Virus record (IMG/VR): IMGVR_UViG_3300025030_000071
Coordinates: 1-64,000 of that record
Length of the DNA stretch: 64,000 nucleotides
Origin: a virus
Strand: one strand, 5' to 3'
The notes under the pieces are model-generated. The model had not been told where the DNA came from, searched no databases, and was given only the letters and a program-made list of their open reading frames with translations. The translations under genes and the position numbers were made by a program. Position 1 is the stretch's first letter; the number at the start of each line of letters is the position of its first letter. Of this stretch, positions 18,378 through 28,816 are shown in pieces.

Positions 18378-20268
18378 AACATCAGCTTGGAAGAGACCAA
18401 TGGAGTTTAATGATTTCGCAACAACAATTGCGAAACCTATAAGTTTTGTTGACTCTTCGGGTTCAAAGATTTCTTTCAAAGACTCTGCAAAGGATGGCAA
18501 ACCTCGGCTAAGAGCAAAAGTCAAGATGACCTTTGCAGGTCGTGAAACCCTCAACCATTCCATCTATCTCCCTGATCAGATGTATACCGGCGCCAACACA
18601 TTCTTAAAACCTTTTAATAAGCCAGTACTTAGACATCATGAAACAGAGAAAGACGCCATTGGCCGAGTGATCGATATTCGATATATTGATACCTTCAACG
18701 AAGCAATGGGTTTTAGTGACAGGCTTATTTCTGTAGCTTCTGTTTTCAAAGATAAAAACTCGAATTTAAGACGCAGACTAGATACCGTAGCTGCTTTCTT
18801 AGATGCATCCGAAAATCCTTCCTATATGGGTGCTGGTCACCTCTTAGGCATTTGGGATATTACTGATGCAGAAGCAATTGAGAAAATACTTGATGGTAGA
18901 TACTCAACTGTTTCAACTGATTTCAAACCCAAGGGAGCTTATTGCTCTACTTGTGTTTTGGAAGGTGAACTAACTGATTGGCGTACTGACGATTGTGACC
19001 ATTCTCGTGGTCAGATGGTTGATGGCCGAGTAGCTGTTGCTATTCCTTATGGCTTTATGTACAAAGAAGCTTCATTTGTGAATGTGCCAGCAGCCCCGGC
19101 CTTTGTTTTAGAAACTGGAGAAGATTTATCTTTCTCAGATGCAGTTTCAAAAACGAATTACTCTATACCACATGAAATAATCTCAGACGTTATTTTAGAT
19201 ACAGGAAAGGCCTGCTTTAACGCAAAGGGCTCTGCCGTATCGAAATTACCAGAAAATTTCTCTGATTATCTGCAAGTTATAAATCCCACACAAACAAGTA
19301 AGAGTAAAGTAATTGGAGATAATGAACAAGGCGGAGCTGTAGGCCCGCAAGGAAGCACCATGTTTGAACTTTCAGAATTAACAAAGGATACTGAGAGCAA
19401 CTACGCCGAGATCATCAAGCATCTAGGCCAGGACGCAGCTCAGTTAACTGGTGATCTTCTAAAAGATCTAGAAGATTCTGCCTTTATTGGTCCTAACCGA
19501 ACCTTCCCAGTAAAGGACCTTTGTCATGCTAATGCGATCAAAGCCCTTTTAGGTGAAGTCAAGGATTCAGAAAGCAAGTCTGCTCTTCTAGAAATCCTTG
19601 AATCCAAGATGTCAGCTTTTGAGGTTTCTCCAGAAACAGATGCAGCCGCGGCAGAAGAACCCGTTGTTGCTGCTACCGAACAGGATGCAGAGACTTTTGC
19701 TTCAGCAGAACCAAAAGACCTTGATACTCAACTTACCGAATTAGGTCTTGCAAAGATCACAACCGATGCTCTTGTCAAACTAAACGCTGAAGTAGACGAT
19801 CTAAAGACCTCTAAGGCCATTTGGCAGCAACGTATCCAGAGTCTCGAAACTGAAGTTCGGCGCTATGCTGATTCCCAGACTGAACTCGTTAAGTCCTATA
19901 AAGATTTACTAGCTTCTCAGCTACTAGACAATCAGATTGCTCGTGGTATGAGGATTAAAGATAAAGAAGAGACCCTAAAGAAATACAAATCTAAGACTTT
20001 AGAATCTCTAAAAGACAGTCTCGCTGATCTTTCCGATTTTGAAGAGGATGGGTTAGCAAGAGAAGCATCAGGTGAGCAGGTAACGGTTGGCGATTTCGCT
20101 GACTCAGCAAGCTCTGCTGATCAGAAAAAACTCAATGAACAGTATCACGATATCCTTTCGACATATTGGGAAAAATTCTATAGTGGTCCTCGTGGTGCCG
20201 CCCATGCTGAGAATTATTTGAATGAACAAAAGCGTCAGGGACTGATTCCAGTTAACCTTGTCCCTTAA
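18370..20268 (+). CDS. Prohead protease/scaffold protein
   Basis: KPVLRHH..DAIGRV, KILDGRYSTVS, YKEASFVNVPA are protease-like. Acidic coiled-coil C-terminal half. Lies between portal and capsid. Confidence 0.75.
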   Translation: MSETSAWKRPMEFNDFATTIAKPISFVDSSGSKISFKDSAKDGKPRLRAKVKMTFAGRETLNHSIYLPDQMYTGANTFLKPFNKPVLRHHETEKDAIGRVIDIRYIDTFNEAMGFSDRLISVASVFKDKNSNLRRRLDTVAAFLDASENPSYMGAGHLLGIWDITDAEAIEKILDGRYSTVSTDFKPKGAYCSTCVLEGELTDWRTDDCDHSRGQMVDGRVAVAIPYGFMYKEASFVNVPAAPAFVLETGEDLSFSDAVSKTNYSIPHEIISDVILDTGKACFNAKGSAVSKLPENFSDYLQVINPTQTSKSKVIGDNEQGGAVGPQGSTMFELSELTKDTESNYAEIIKHLGQDAAQLTGDLLKDLEDSAFIGPNRTFPVKDLCHANAIKALLGEVKDSESKSALLEILESKMSAFEVSPETDAAAAEEPVVAATEQDAETFASAEPKDLDTQLTELGLAKITTDALVKLNAEVDDLKTSKAIWQQRIQSLETEVRRYADSQTELVKSYKDLLASQLLDNQIARGMRIKDKEETLKKYKSKTLESLKDSLADLSDFEEDGLAREASGEQVTVGDFADSASSADQKKLNEQYHDILSTYWEKFYSGPRGAAHAENYLNEQKRQGLIPVNLVP

Positions 20269-20286
20269 TCAATAGGAGTTTAGGAA

Positions 20287-21423
20287 ATGGCCAACAACCT
20301 ACCTGCAAAGAGATATGCAAAGGATCTTGGAGTTCCGGTCCCAAATGTTGAATTCTGTCCAACAGAATACCCACGTTTACTCACTTGGCCGGCTCCTTAC
20401 CTACCATTGCAGCTAGAAAATGAACGGCATGATGAATTCTATGTCGTTCTTTCCGGAAAAGTAGTTGCGCTTGACAGTATGGGCTTTTTAGTTCCTGCCG
20501 GTCTTGCACTTGATATCGAGGTTCTTAAGGCTGCCCTTGAGGCAGTCGCAGTAGGTGGCGGCACTCTAGATTGTACCGACGCAAACCTCACCACACTTGT
20601 ACGCTACGATGCAACTGACGTTGCCAATGGCGTTATCAACTCTCGTGGCGTAGCTGCTGCTCTTGGTGAGCCAGTCGCTTATTCAATGCTTAAGGACGAT
20701 GCTGCTTTCTTGATTAGTTACAATGAAGCTGTAGCGGCTTCCTCAACGGCAGTCGTAGTTGGCATCGGCAGTGTGTTCACCCAGGCAGTCACCGTTGGCG
20801 ATCACCTAGGCGTTGCACCTTACAGTTACCTTCGCACTGCTTCAGACGCAATGAGCCGTTCAGGCAACCCACTACATGCTGACGTAACTTCCAATAAAGA
20901 AGCCCGTCTACCTTACGATGCTTCTCAGCTACGTCATCTAGGTTGGGAACTTCAGGGGAACGTTACTGTCCGTACCAACTACTGTTTAGTTTACCCAGTA
21001 GTCGCCAACAGAGCTGCGATCCTAGTAGAAGGTCAGGCAGTAGCAATTGCAGCCTCAATGGCCTCTTTCGCTCTTGGCGATAGAGTTACCTTTAACTGCA
21101 ACTCAGACATCGTGCCTCACGTTGCCGCACTTACTACCTCTGATTACGATTCAGATGCAGATGCAACCATCACAGCTCGTATCAATGCTGCAATCGAGAA
21201 GTTCCACAAGCGGACTGTAGGCCAGGTAATTCGTAAGAATACTCGCTTCCCAAGTTCATATCTTGATAAGGTCCAGACCCGTTGGGATTCTTCTGTACCA
21301 GGCTTTAATGCGATTGACGCAACTGCTGGTTCAGCAACTGCTGGTTACCCAGGTTACATGTATACTGCTGGTGGAAGTGGCGTGGCACTAGGCGACATCA
21401 CAGTTTCACTATTCATGCGCTAA
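20287..21423 (+). CDS. Head structural/decoration protein
   Basis: Strong SD (AGGAG), Ala/Val-rich, immediately upstream of the capsid gene. Confidence 0.6.
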   Translation: MANNLPAKRYAKDLGVPVPNVEFCPTEYPRLLTWPAPYLPLQLENERHDEFYVVLSGKVVALDSMGFLVPAGLALDIEVLKAALEAVAVGGGTLDCTDANLTTLVRYDATDVANGVINSRGVAAALGEPVAYSMLKDDAAFLISYNEAVAASSTAVVVGIGSVFTQAVTVGDHLGVAPYSYLRTASDAMSRSGNPLHADVTSNKEARLPYDASQLRHLGWELQGNVTVRTNYCLVYPVVANRAAILVEGQAVAIAASMASFALGDRVTFNCNSDIVPHVAALTTSDYDSDADATITARINAAIEKFHKRTVGQVIRKNTRFPSSYLDKVQTRWDSSVPGFNAIDATAGSATAGYPGYMYTAGGSGVALGDITVSLFMR

Positions 21424-21438
21424 GGAGAAAGAAGTACA

Positions 21439-22740
21439 ATGAAGACTAAAGATTTAAAAGGTCTCAAGTACCACGAATTTAAGGATGTCTTTCGGGAAGT
21501 AGACGAAGAGTCTAAGAAAGATGGCCGTGGCTTCAAGGACTTTGAGTATGCTTGGCACCACAACGGCAAACGCCCTGATGGGTCAGTCCTCTCAATGAAG
21601 GACGTTCTCACTATGTGGGAGTCACCTCTCTTCATCCCCAAAGTTATCAACAACGCAATGCAGGAAGCCATTGAGCCTTACTTAATTGTGACCTCTTTGC
21701 TAACTAAACTCCCTTACAGCCCAGGCACATTCATTGACCTTCCTGTAATGGGTGCAATTGATGGTGACTTCAGGGTTGGTGAGTTAGAAACCTTCCCAGA
21801 GTTCCGGATTGATTACGGCCCAGGGGCAGAAATCGGTCGGATCGGGAGGACAGGTCTCGCTCTCAAGTTCTCAGAAGAGATCTTACGATACTCCCAGTTC
21901 GACGTGATCACCATGTACACCAGCCAGGCTGCTAAGGCTCTTGCTCGGTTCAAAGAGGAAGAAGGCTTCAACATGATTTATAACGCTGCAAGCGTTACTC
22001 ATGACAACGCCACCCCAGCAGACTCAATTTTTGGTTGCACCACTGGTCGCGACCTTGATGGGGCTCTTAACGGTTCACTAACTGTAGATGATATCATCGA
22101 GATGTACATGCAGGTACAGCACAACGGATTTATCCCCAATGCTCTTATCGTACATCCACTCACCTACTTAATGTTCCTTGGTGATGCTCAGATGCGGATG
22201 TTTGCTCAGATGAATGGGCAACCATATTTCAATCAGCCTTGGTCCGGTAGCCCAGCCCGTAACGACTTTGCTTCCTACCGTGGCGGTGAAGGTGTAACTG
22301 GCGCTGCACAGAGAGTCCACTCAGCTCATGCCGCAGATCCAGCAGATGTCACAGCAGTTGGTGGGTGGAGCCCACAGCTCGACGTGGCTCCGACGCTTCC
22401 ATCTTACCTAGGCATCAACTTCAGAGTAATCGTAAGCCCATTCGTTCCTTTCGATACAGTCAACAACAGAACCACAGTCATCATGTGTGACCTTGCTCAG
22501 CTTGGTTTCTACATTGAAGATTACCCTGTCCAGACCAGCGAATGGAAAGACCCAGAAACCGATGTTCTCAAGATCAAGCTCAAGGAGGCTTACACCTTCC
22601 GTGATCGTGATCGTGGTCTTGGCATCGTATGCGCAAAGAACGTTGTTGTTACATCTAACAAGATCGTTCTACCTGCTCACGCAACCATTGGCGTCAATGG
22701 CAGCATAGGCACAATCAACCGCGCAGTCGCAGTAGTATAA
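21439..22740 (+). CDS. Major capsid protein (HK97-like)
   Basis: LFIPKVI..VGELETFP..GLALKFSEEIL..AKALARFKE..PNALIVHP..RVIVSPFVP. SD TAAGGAG. Followed by a hairpin. Confidence 0.85.
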   Translation: MKTKDLKGLKYHEFKDVFREVDEESKKDGRGFKDFEYAWHHNGKRPDGSVLSMKDVLTMWESPLFIPKVINNAMQEAIEPYLIVTSLLTKLPYSPGTFIDLPVMGAIDGDFRVGELETFPEFRIDYGPGAEIGRIGRTGLALKFSEEILRYSQFDVITMYTSQAAKALARFKEEEGFNMIYNAASVTHDNATPADSIFGCTTGRDLDGALNGSLTVDDIIEMYMQVQHNGFIPNALIVHPLTYLMFLGDAQMRMFAQMNGQPYFNQPWSGSPARNDFASYRGGEGVTGAAQRVHSAHAADPADVTAVGGWSPQLDVAPTLPSYLGINFRVIVSPFVPFDTVNNRTTVIMCDLAQLGFYIEDYPVQTSEWKDPETDVLKIKLKEAYTFRDRDRGLGIVCAKNVVVTSNKIVLPAHATIGVNGSIGTINRAVAVV

Positions 22741-22748
22741 CCCTAAGT

Positions 22749-22781
22749 GGGTGAGGGGCCTCGACCCCTCACCCTAATTTT
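22749..22781 (+). terminator. Hairpin/terminator after the capsid gene
   Basis: GGGTGAGGGG-cctcga-CCCCTCACCC (10-bp stem) followed by TAATTTT. Confidence 0.65.
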
Positions 22782-22793
22782 AAGGAGAACAAT

Positions 22794-23882
22794 ATGTCAC
22801 AAAGAGATCTCTCTCCTAAGGGGATTGCTGATGCCGCTGATGCCGCCCAGGCTGCTGTTGATACAGCAGAGCTTGTAGTTGATGCCCTTGTAGCAGAAAC
22901 TGCTGCCGTTGGTGGCAAAGTTATCCTTAAAGAAGCAACTAACAACGGGGTAAATACGGCGACCTTCCAGTGTGCTGCTTCTCTAACTGGTAACCGAACA
23001 ATCTCAGTCCCGAACGAGGACGTTGTATTAGCCAATATCGCAGTTAACACGATTCACACAACTGGTGACGGCTCAGACCATGCCGACGTAGCAACCAATT
23101 CGGTTCACGTAGCCGGTGATGGTTCGGACCACGCCGATGTAGCGACCAATACGGCTACACTGGCAGAAATTGAACCAGGAGCAGTAGCAACAGCGGTTCT
23201 AATTTTTGGTGATGCAGTCAATGCTGAAAATACAGTAACCATTGGCGCTGATGTCTACGAATTCGTAGCTCCAGCAGGTGTGGTGGCCCTAGACACCAAT
23301 ATCGCAGTGGCAACCACAGGAGTAGCCGCAACCGAACTTGATAATCTTATTGCTGCTATTAACGCAGATGACGTTGACAACGAACATCCAACCATTTTCT
23401 TGCAGGATGGCATTACTCCTGCACTAGCTAATGGTACAGAATCCGTAGTAGCAGATGAAGTTGCTACTGGGATCAGAGTTAGAAGTGCAACCGTAGTTGG
23501 CGGCCAAGCCGTAGGCGCCAACCCAAATATTGTTTTGGCAGAAGCCCTTACTCCGCCTGCGTCGATCTGGGACGTTGGCAATGTTAATCTAAATACCCTT
23601 GGCGGGAAAGCCGCAAGTGCTCAGCCCTGTGCTGCCCAGTCAAAGGCTGTAACAGCCCCGATGATCGCTAGCGGTGCAAGATTCTCATTCCCATTTGTTG
23701 TAACTAGATTCATGGTCCAGGTTCTAAGTGCTACAGGATTTATCAGAACTCCTGCTGGCGCAGAAGCGCTTTCGGCTGATACTTTCGAAATTGATGAAGG
23801 CGATGTCCTATATACTAGTGGCGGAGCGGCAACTCCAAACGCAATTGCTGGGGACGTTATCACAGTAATAGCTTGGCCATAA
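22794..23882 (+). CDS. Head fibre/decoration-like structural protein
   Basis: Ala/Val/Thr-rich. Tandem HxxGDGSDHADVATN repeat at 23055-23150. SD TAAGGAG. Confidence 0.6.
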   Translation: MSQRDLSPKGIADAADAAQAAVDTAELVVDALVAETAAVGGKVILKEATNNGVNTATFQCAASLTGNRTISVPNEDVVLANIAVNTIHTTGDGSDHADVATNSVHVAGDGSDHADVATNTATLAEIEPGAVATAVLIFGDAVNAENTVTIGADVYEFVAPAGVVALDTNIAVATTGVAATELDNLIAAINADDVDNEHPTIFLQDGITPALANGTESVVADEVATGIRVRSATVVGGQAVGANPNIVLAEALTPPASIWDVGNVNLNTLGGKAASAQPCAAQSKAVTAPMIASGARFSFPFVVTRFMVQVLSATGFIRTPAGAEALSADTFEIDEGDVLYTSGGAATPNAIAGDVITVIAWP

Positions 23883-23932
23883 ACTAGATAATCATCATTA
23901 GCCTTAATGGCCACTTAAGATGTGGCTCCATC

Positions 23933-23968
23933 AATGGAGGTGGCTGACCGCTGCCTCCATTTTTTTTT
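23933..23968 (+). terminator. Rho-independent terminator
   Basis: AATGGAGGTGGC-tgacc-GCTGCCTCCATT stem followed by a T run. Confidence 0.85.
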
Positions 23969-23992
23969 GGAAGTTGAAGAGGAGAATTCTTA

Positions 23993-24580
23993 ATGGAATT
24001 TGTACAGTTTATCCAAATGTATGGTCGGATGCATGAACTTATGCTTGAGCCAGCGTGGGTCTTTAGCAACGAAGTCGTAGTTAGAACTGAAACAGAAACT
24101 GCAACATTTCTTTGGGATTCAGCAGACGAAGATAGCGACGTGGTTCTAACAAGAACCACTACATATGATGCTGCGAACCTAAAGGTCAGTTCAACAGTTT
24201 GGTCTTTGTCGAATGCCCCAACTGTGTCAGATGTAGAAACCGACCAAACCCCTGACAGTGAAATTTCATTATCAGGGACCACAGTGTTAACCATAACAGG
24301 AACCAACTTCGGGGAAGAAGATACAGACATAAAAGTTTTTGTTTATGTTCAACCAGCCAAGAACCACAATGGTCCTGGCCCGACCCCAGGAAATTCTAGA
24401 TTTGTCATAGAAGCAACCATCACAAATATTGACGTTGCCGACCAGGTCATCACTGCTTCTCTAGACCTGCCAAGAGTCCATGGTGCCAAGAACGCAGCTA
24501 AGGGCCAATGCGAACTGGCAGTCCAGAATGTAAAGCGCCATTTAGCTAGTACTCCCTTCACCGCTCTGACCGTAGTGTAA
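23993..24580 (+). CDS. IPT/TIG (Ig-like) domain protein
   Basis: APTVSDV...GTTVLTITGTNFG...ITASL pattern. SD GAGGAG. Confidence 0.6.
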   Translation: MEFVQFIQMYGRMHELMLEPAWVFSNEVVVRTETETATFLWDSADEDSDVVLTRTTTYDAANLKVSSTVWSLSNAPTVSDVETDQTPDSEISLSGTTVLTITGTNFGEEDTDIKVFVYVQPAKNHNGPGPTPGNSRFVIEATITNIDVADQVITASLDLPRVHGAKNAAKGQCELAVQNVKRHLASTPFTALTVV

Positions 24581-24657
24581 TCCAAAGATAATTTAGTAGA
24601 TAAATTCTCAGTTATTTAATATACTTAAGAGTACTGTTAACTAGCTGAGGAGCTACT

Positions 24658-25119
24658 ATGTTTATTTATCTAAACCCACCGAGAACTTTCTGGGCCTTAC
24701 CAGATACAGATATCATCTTATCTAGATCAAATCCTTATGCTGAACTTACTTCAGAAATCTTAGAAGGATTTTCTACAGAACAACTTACCATTTTGGATTC
24801 AGCCAAACTGTCAGGCACTGTCACCGAGATAAGCCGAGACTTTGTTCCACAAATCGGCACTACTTCTGAGGACATGGTTCTAAGTACCCCCATCCGCGAA
24901 ATGCAAAGATACTATTTATCAAAGATGGTACTTAGCGGCGATCTCAAAATGCTTGAGACCTTATTGGCCAAAGAAGAAACCAATAGATCTCGTCCTGCCG
25001 TTCTGAAGATTCTTAGAAACTCTATTGACAGAGTGCTAGATTCTAAGCCTGAAATGAAATTTTATAATTCAATTAAAGAAGAAATCTTAGACCTTGACGA
25101 TCTAGATCGAGACGCATAA
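24658..25119 (+). CDS. Hypothetical protein
   Basis: SD GAGGAG after an AT-rich intergenic gap. Confidence 0.6.
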   Translation: MFIYLNPPRTFWALPDTDIILSRSNPYAELTSEILEGFSTEQLTILDSAKLSGTVTEISRDFVPQIGTTSEDMVLSTPIREMQRYYLSKMVLSGDLKMLETLLAKEETNRSRPAVLKILRNSIDRVLDSKPEMKFYNSIKEEILDLDDLDRDA

Positions 25120-25581
25120 ATGGCCCGCAGACCATACTCTCTAATTAGAGGTGACACTTATCAGCCTCTAAGCAGTTCCATAATAATAAACGTTGCTGGT
25201 GGAGATGGCTCTGCTGCGGATTCTGCTTGGAATGCAACTACCGATGTTGAGGTTGGAGATTTTATTTTTATCTCTGGCCCAGAAGAAATAGACAGGGCAA
25301 ATTCGACCTCAAGAGCCACGCTTCCAGCAATTGCAATAGTTGTTACTAAACCAACCGATACAACTGCAACTATTCGTTATGCAAATGAATATACTTTTGT
25401 AGGTAGAGACCCATTAATTCCTGGTGCCCTTTATTACGTTAGCGACACTGAACCAGGAAAGATATTCACTCCTTCCGAAATCGAAACCATGCCTCCATTC
25501 CTACAACAAGTAGGCCGTGCGAAATCTGAAGAAATTCTAGTACTTATGATTGGCGCACCATTTTCATTTCAAAGTCAATAA
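25120..25581 (+). CDS. Structural protein with decoration/fibre-base-like beta domain
   Basis: VGDFIFISG..PAIAIV..LIPGALYYVS..QQVGRA; a similar pattern ends 25678-27225. Confidence 0.55.
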   Translation: MARRPYSLIRGDTYQPLSSSIIINVAGGDGSAADSAWNATTDVEVGDFIFISGPEEIDRANSTSRATLPAIAIVVTKPTDTTATIRYANEYTFVGRDPLIPGALYYVSDTEPGKIFTPSEIETMPPFLQQVGRAKSEEILVLMIGAPFSFQSQ

Positions 25582-25677
25582 TTAAATCCTCCTCACATTT
25601 CTTTTCTCCTGTTATTTAACAAGTGAACAGTCGGACATGTTGTTTGATTGTAAACTTCGCTAATTGGGAGGAAACAA

Positions 25678-27225
25678 ATGGCATCTAATGCAATTAGGTT
25701 TAATGCTTCTGGCGGCTTTGATTTAGTCACTGCCCTACAAGCGACAACCCTCGGTCTCGGCGGTGCCCTTTCAGGTGCTACAACTGGTGCTTTTAGTACA
25801 TCCATCGCATCTCCAATTCTAACTGCACCCGCAGCAACCGATCTAAACATCGACGCCATCGCCGCACAAGACGTCATCGTTAAGTTGGGTGATGCAATTG
25901 GCGCAAAGAAAATCCTTTTTAAGGACTCTGCTGCTGCTGAAGTCGGCTCTATCGACAGTGATGGCTTAGCTTCATTCAGCGCATTCACTACTTCAGGTGC
26001 AGTAACCGCTGGCTCTGTCGCTCTGAGCGGGACTTCAATCACCAACGATGGTGGTACACTAAAGTGGGGTACTGCTGCATTAGCCACTCAGGCATACGTA
26101 AGCGCAGCCATTGAAGGGCTTGACGTAAAGGGTAGCGTTCTAACTTCTTCAGCTATCAACGTAAGCCTTACAGACTACCTCCTAACCGATGCGATGGACG
26201 CAGTTACTATCGCAGAAGGCGATAGAGTACTTCTACTTGCCCAGACTGATAGCTCAGAAGAAGGCATTTACGTTGTAGGCGCTGACGGCACTGGTACTTC
26301 CGGCGCTGGTTATGCAGCCCTGACTCGTGCTGCTGATATGAGCACTTCTGCTGAATCTATCATGGCATTCACCTTCATCGAAGAGGGGACTGCTCGCGGT
26401 GGCAGGGGCTATACCAACAGCGTAGCAAGCAACTTCGTCCTTGATACTACTGACTGCAACTTTGTACTTTTCTCTTCTGCTGGTGCTTACTCTGCTGGCA
26501 TTGGTATCGCCCTTACAGGCAGCTCTATCTCACTGCACCTCACCAACTTAGATGCAGCTGTTGTAGACGTTGCAACTGACTCGATCGCTTTCCTAGACGC
26601 TTCTGATGGTGGCACTCTCACCAAACTAGAAAGCATTGCTGATCTGGCAACTGCAATGGCTGGTGACGGTATCCTCGCCTCAGCTGGTGTCTTTGGGGTT
26701 GACGTAAGTGATTTTGCTGGTGACGGGCTTGAGGACGACGGTTCAGAGAACCTTCGGATCAAAGCTGGCGGCGTTGCGGCCTCCATGCTAACAGGTTCCT
26801 TCACTGCTGGCGCCAACTTACTAAAAGGTGCCCCAGTTTACTTCAAGGGTGCTGACAGCAAGATGTGGCCTTCAGTCGACACTGCCCTAGCATCTGCTCA
26901 GATCCAGGGTCTAGCTGCTGCTGCGATCAATGCTGATGCCGCTGGGGCCTTCTACACTGTAGACGGCAGTGTTCTCACGGGTCTTGACCCAACCGTTATC
27001 GCTGATGACACAGTGTTCACAGCTACCGGCATCGATGCAGTTGAAGGTTCTCTAACTGTTGGCGCCCAGGTATATGCTCTCCACACTGGCCGTCTAGTTA
27101 GTGCTGGCATGACCTTAGCCAACTGGCTAACAGCTGGCGATTTCTTCACCCCAGTTGGCGTTGCGACCGCAGTTGACGCTCTAATCCTACGAATTGGTCA
27201 GCCACAGGCTTACCAGGCAGCATAA
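25678..27225 (+). CDS. Fibre-like virion protein
   Basis: ATQAYV..GLDVK..GDRVLLLAQT..EEGIYV..LTRAAD..FTFIEEG segment typical of phage fibres. Ala/Gly-rich. SD GGGAGG. Confidence 0.7.
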   Translation: MASNAIRFNASGGFDLVTALQATTLGLGGALSGATTGAFSTSIASPILTAPAATDLNIDAIAAQDVIVKLGDAIGAKKILFKDSAAAEVGSIDSDGLASFSAFTTSGAVTAGSVALSGTSITNDGGTLKWGTAALATQAYVSAAIEGLDVKGSVLTSSAINVSLTDYLLTDAMDAVTIAEGDRVLLLAQTDSSEEGIYVVGADGTGTSGAGYAALTRAADMSTSAESIMAFTFIEEGTARGGRGYTNSVASNFVLDTTDCNFVLFSSAGAYSAGIGIALTGSSISLHLTNLDAAVVDVATDSIAFLDASDGGTLTKLESIADLATAMAGDGILASAGVFGVDVSDFAGDGLEDDGSENLRIKAGGVAASMLTGSFTAGANLLKGAPVYFKGADSKMWPSVDTALASAQIQGLAAAAINADAAGAFYTVDGSVLTGLDPTVIADDTVFTATGIDAVEGSLTVGAQVYALHTGRLVSAGMTLANWLTAGDFFTPVGVATAVDALILRIGQPQAYQAA

Positions 27226-27255
27226 TCTAATCCTACCTAATTAATCCTTCCCCTT

Positions 27256-27290
27256 AAAGCCCCAGAGGATCTCTCTGGGGCTTTTCTTTT
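27256..27290 (+). terminator. Rho-independent terminator
   Basis: AAAGCCCCAGAG-gatct-CTCTGGGGCTTT followed by TCTTTT. Confidence 0.88.
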
Positions 27291-27338
27291 ATCTAAGTGT
27301 GTTATTGTTAATAAGTGAATAATTCTAGGGAGTCTGCA

Positions 27339-28802
27339 ATGGCACACACTAAAGCTATATACTATGATCCGGCTGGTGGTTACCGACAGATAGGGGTGAC
27401 CAAAGACCTTGGCGTAGATACTGGTTATGGCTTTGTTATAGATGACGGCGGAGCTGCGCCAGTAAAATTAGACAACATAACTGGCTTAGATCTTTCTGGT
27501 GCAGCTGGTGTTGATGTTAAACTGTCAAGTACAGGCGTAATCCAAATTGGTTCATTGTCCTTATCTGCAACAACTAGCGGGATCCTTAAATGGGATGGCG
27601 CCAAAATACAAACTGCCAAAGTTAATGATTTCCAAGAAGATGTACTCGATGTGCAAACCGATGCAACGCTGGACCCAGGTGCCACCCCAACAGCAGGTGA
27701 TAGGTATATCCTCACAAATGTCGCAGCTCTACACGCTAACTTCGGTTCTATAACTGGAGTTGGTAACAACGATGTTGTTGAATATGTTAGTGCTGCATTT
27801 GTTGTTGCTTATGACGTTTCAGCCCAAGGCGAAGGCGCTTTCCTCTGGGACAGGACTGCCAACGTATTCAAAAAATATGATGGTTCGACTTGGGGGGAGT
27901 TCACGGCTGGAGCTGGCGTTTCTGGCGATGGAACAGGTGTCACTGATGCAGTTGCCTTCAGGGCCGCTATCGGCGCCGGGACTGGGGATGGAACCGTTAC
28001 GGGTGACGGAACTGGCGTTACAGACTCGTCAGCATTTCGGACTGCACTTGGGCTTGGAATCGCGTATGTGCCGTCAAGTACTGGGATCCTTACTGACTGG
28101 GACCCACATCTTGGCGCATCAATCAGTAGCATCCCATGTGTAGATGGCGATAATATCGATCTTGTAACTGACCAATCTGCTGGTGCTCATAACGCAACGC
28201 AGACAACAGCCGCAAACCGCCCACAATTCCGTTCAAACACTCTTAATGGATATTCCGTAGCTGAATTCGTAGCAGGCGGAGCAGATTTTATGACTTTTGG
28301 GACAGGGATGGGCCGCCCTGCTGATTATACTGAATATGCCATTATGTGGACTCGTTCAACTAGCTCCCAGTACGTTTTGGGGAGCATCGACTCTCTTGGC
28401 ACATCTGCTAAATCTTGGGGATGGTTAAATCTAAATGTTTCCAGTGGCAAGGCATTTACAGTATTTGGCGATGACTCGGTGCAAAGTCGGACAGATACTT
28501 CCAATACTGAAATCGAACAACGTAAATGGTTTGCTATTGCGATCCAGCACACTAACGGCGAAGATCACTCACATATCTACATTAATGGCAAAGCGCCCGC
28601 TTATACAAAAACATCATCAAATACAACATTGTCAACAGGCATCGCTCAGAATTTTTCTATAGGACGAGTGGGTGATGTTACAGGCACTTATTTTGACGGA
28701 ATGATTGCTCGTTTCATCGCCTACTCAGCAGCTCATGACGCGACAACAATCCGTACAATCCTTACTGGATTGGCATTGCAATACGGGTTAACAACCCAGT
28801 AA
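27339..28802 (+). CDS. Fibre/receptor-binding protein with C-terminal LamG/ConA-like domain
   Basis: ATG 27339 follows AGGGAG. GDRYI..KYDGSTW module, two GDGTGVTD..AFR repeats, then WFAIAI..IYING..FSIGR..YFDGMIARF. Confidence 0.7.
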   Translation: MAHTKAIYYDPAGGYRQIGVTKDLGVDTGYGFVIDDGGAAPVKLDNITGLDLSGAAGVDVKLSSTGVIQIGSLSLSATTSGILKWDGAKIQTAKVNDFQEDVLDVQTDATLDPGATPTAGDRYILTNVAALHANFGSITGVGNNDVVEYVSAAFVVAYDVSAQGEGAFLWDRTANVFKKYDGSTWGEFTAGAGVSGDGTGVTDAVAFRAAIGAGTGDGTVTGDGTGVTDSSAFRTALGLGIAYVPSSTGILTDWDPHLGASISSIPCVDGDNIDLVTDQSAGAHNATQTTAANRPQFRSNTLNGYSVAEFVAGGADFMTFGTGMGRPADYTEYAIMWTRSTSSQYVLGSIDSLGTSAKSWGWLNLNVSSGKAFTVFGDDSVQSRTDTSNTEIEQRKWFAIAIQHTNGEDHSHIYINGKAPAYTKTSSNTTLSTGIAQNFSIGRVGDVTGTYFDGMIARFIAYSAAHDATTIRTILTGLALQYGLTTQ

Positions 28803-28816
28803 TTTAGGGGTTTTCT

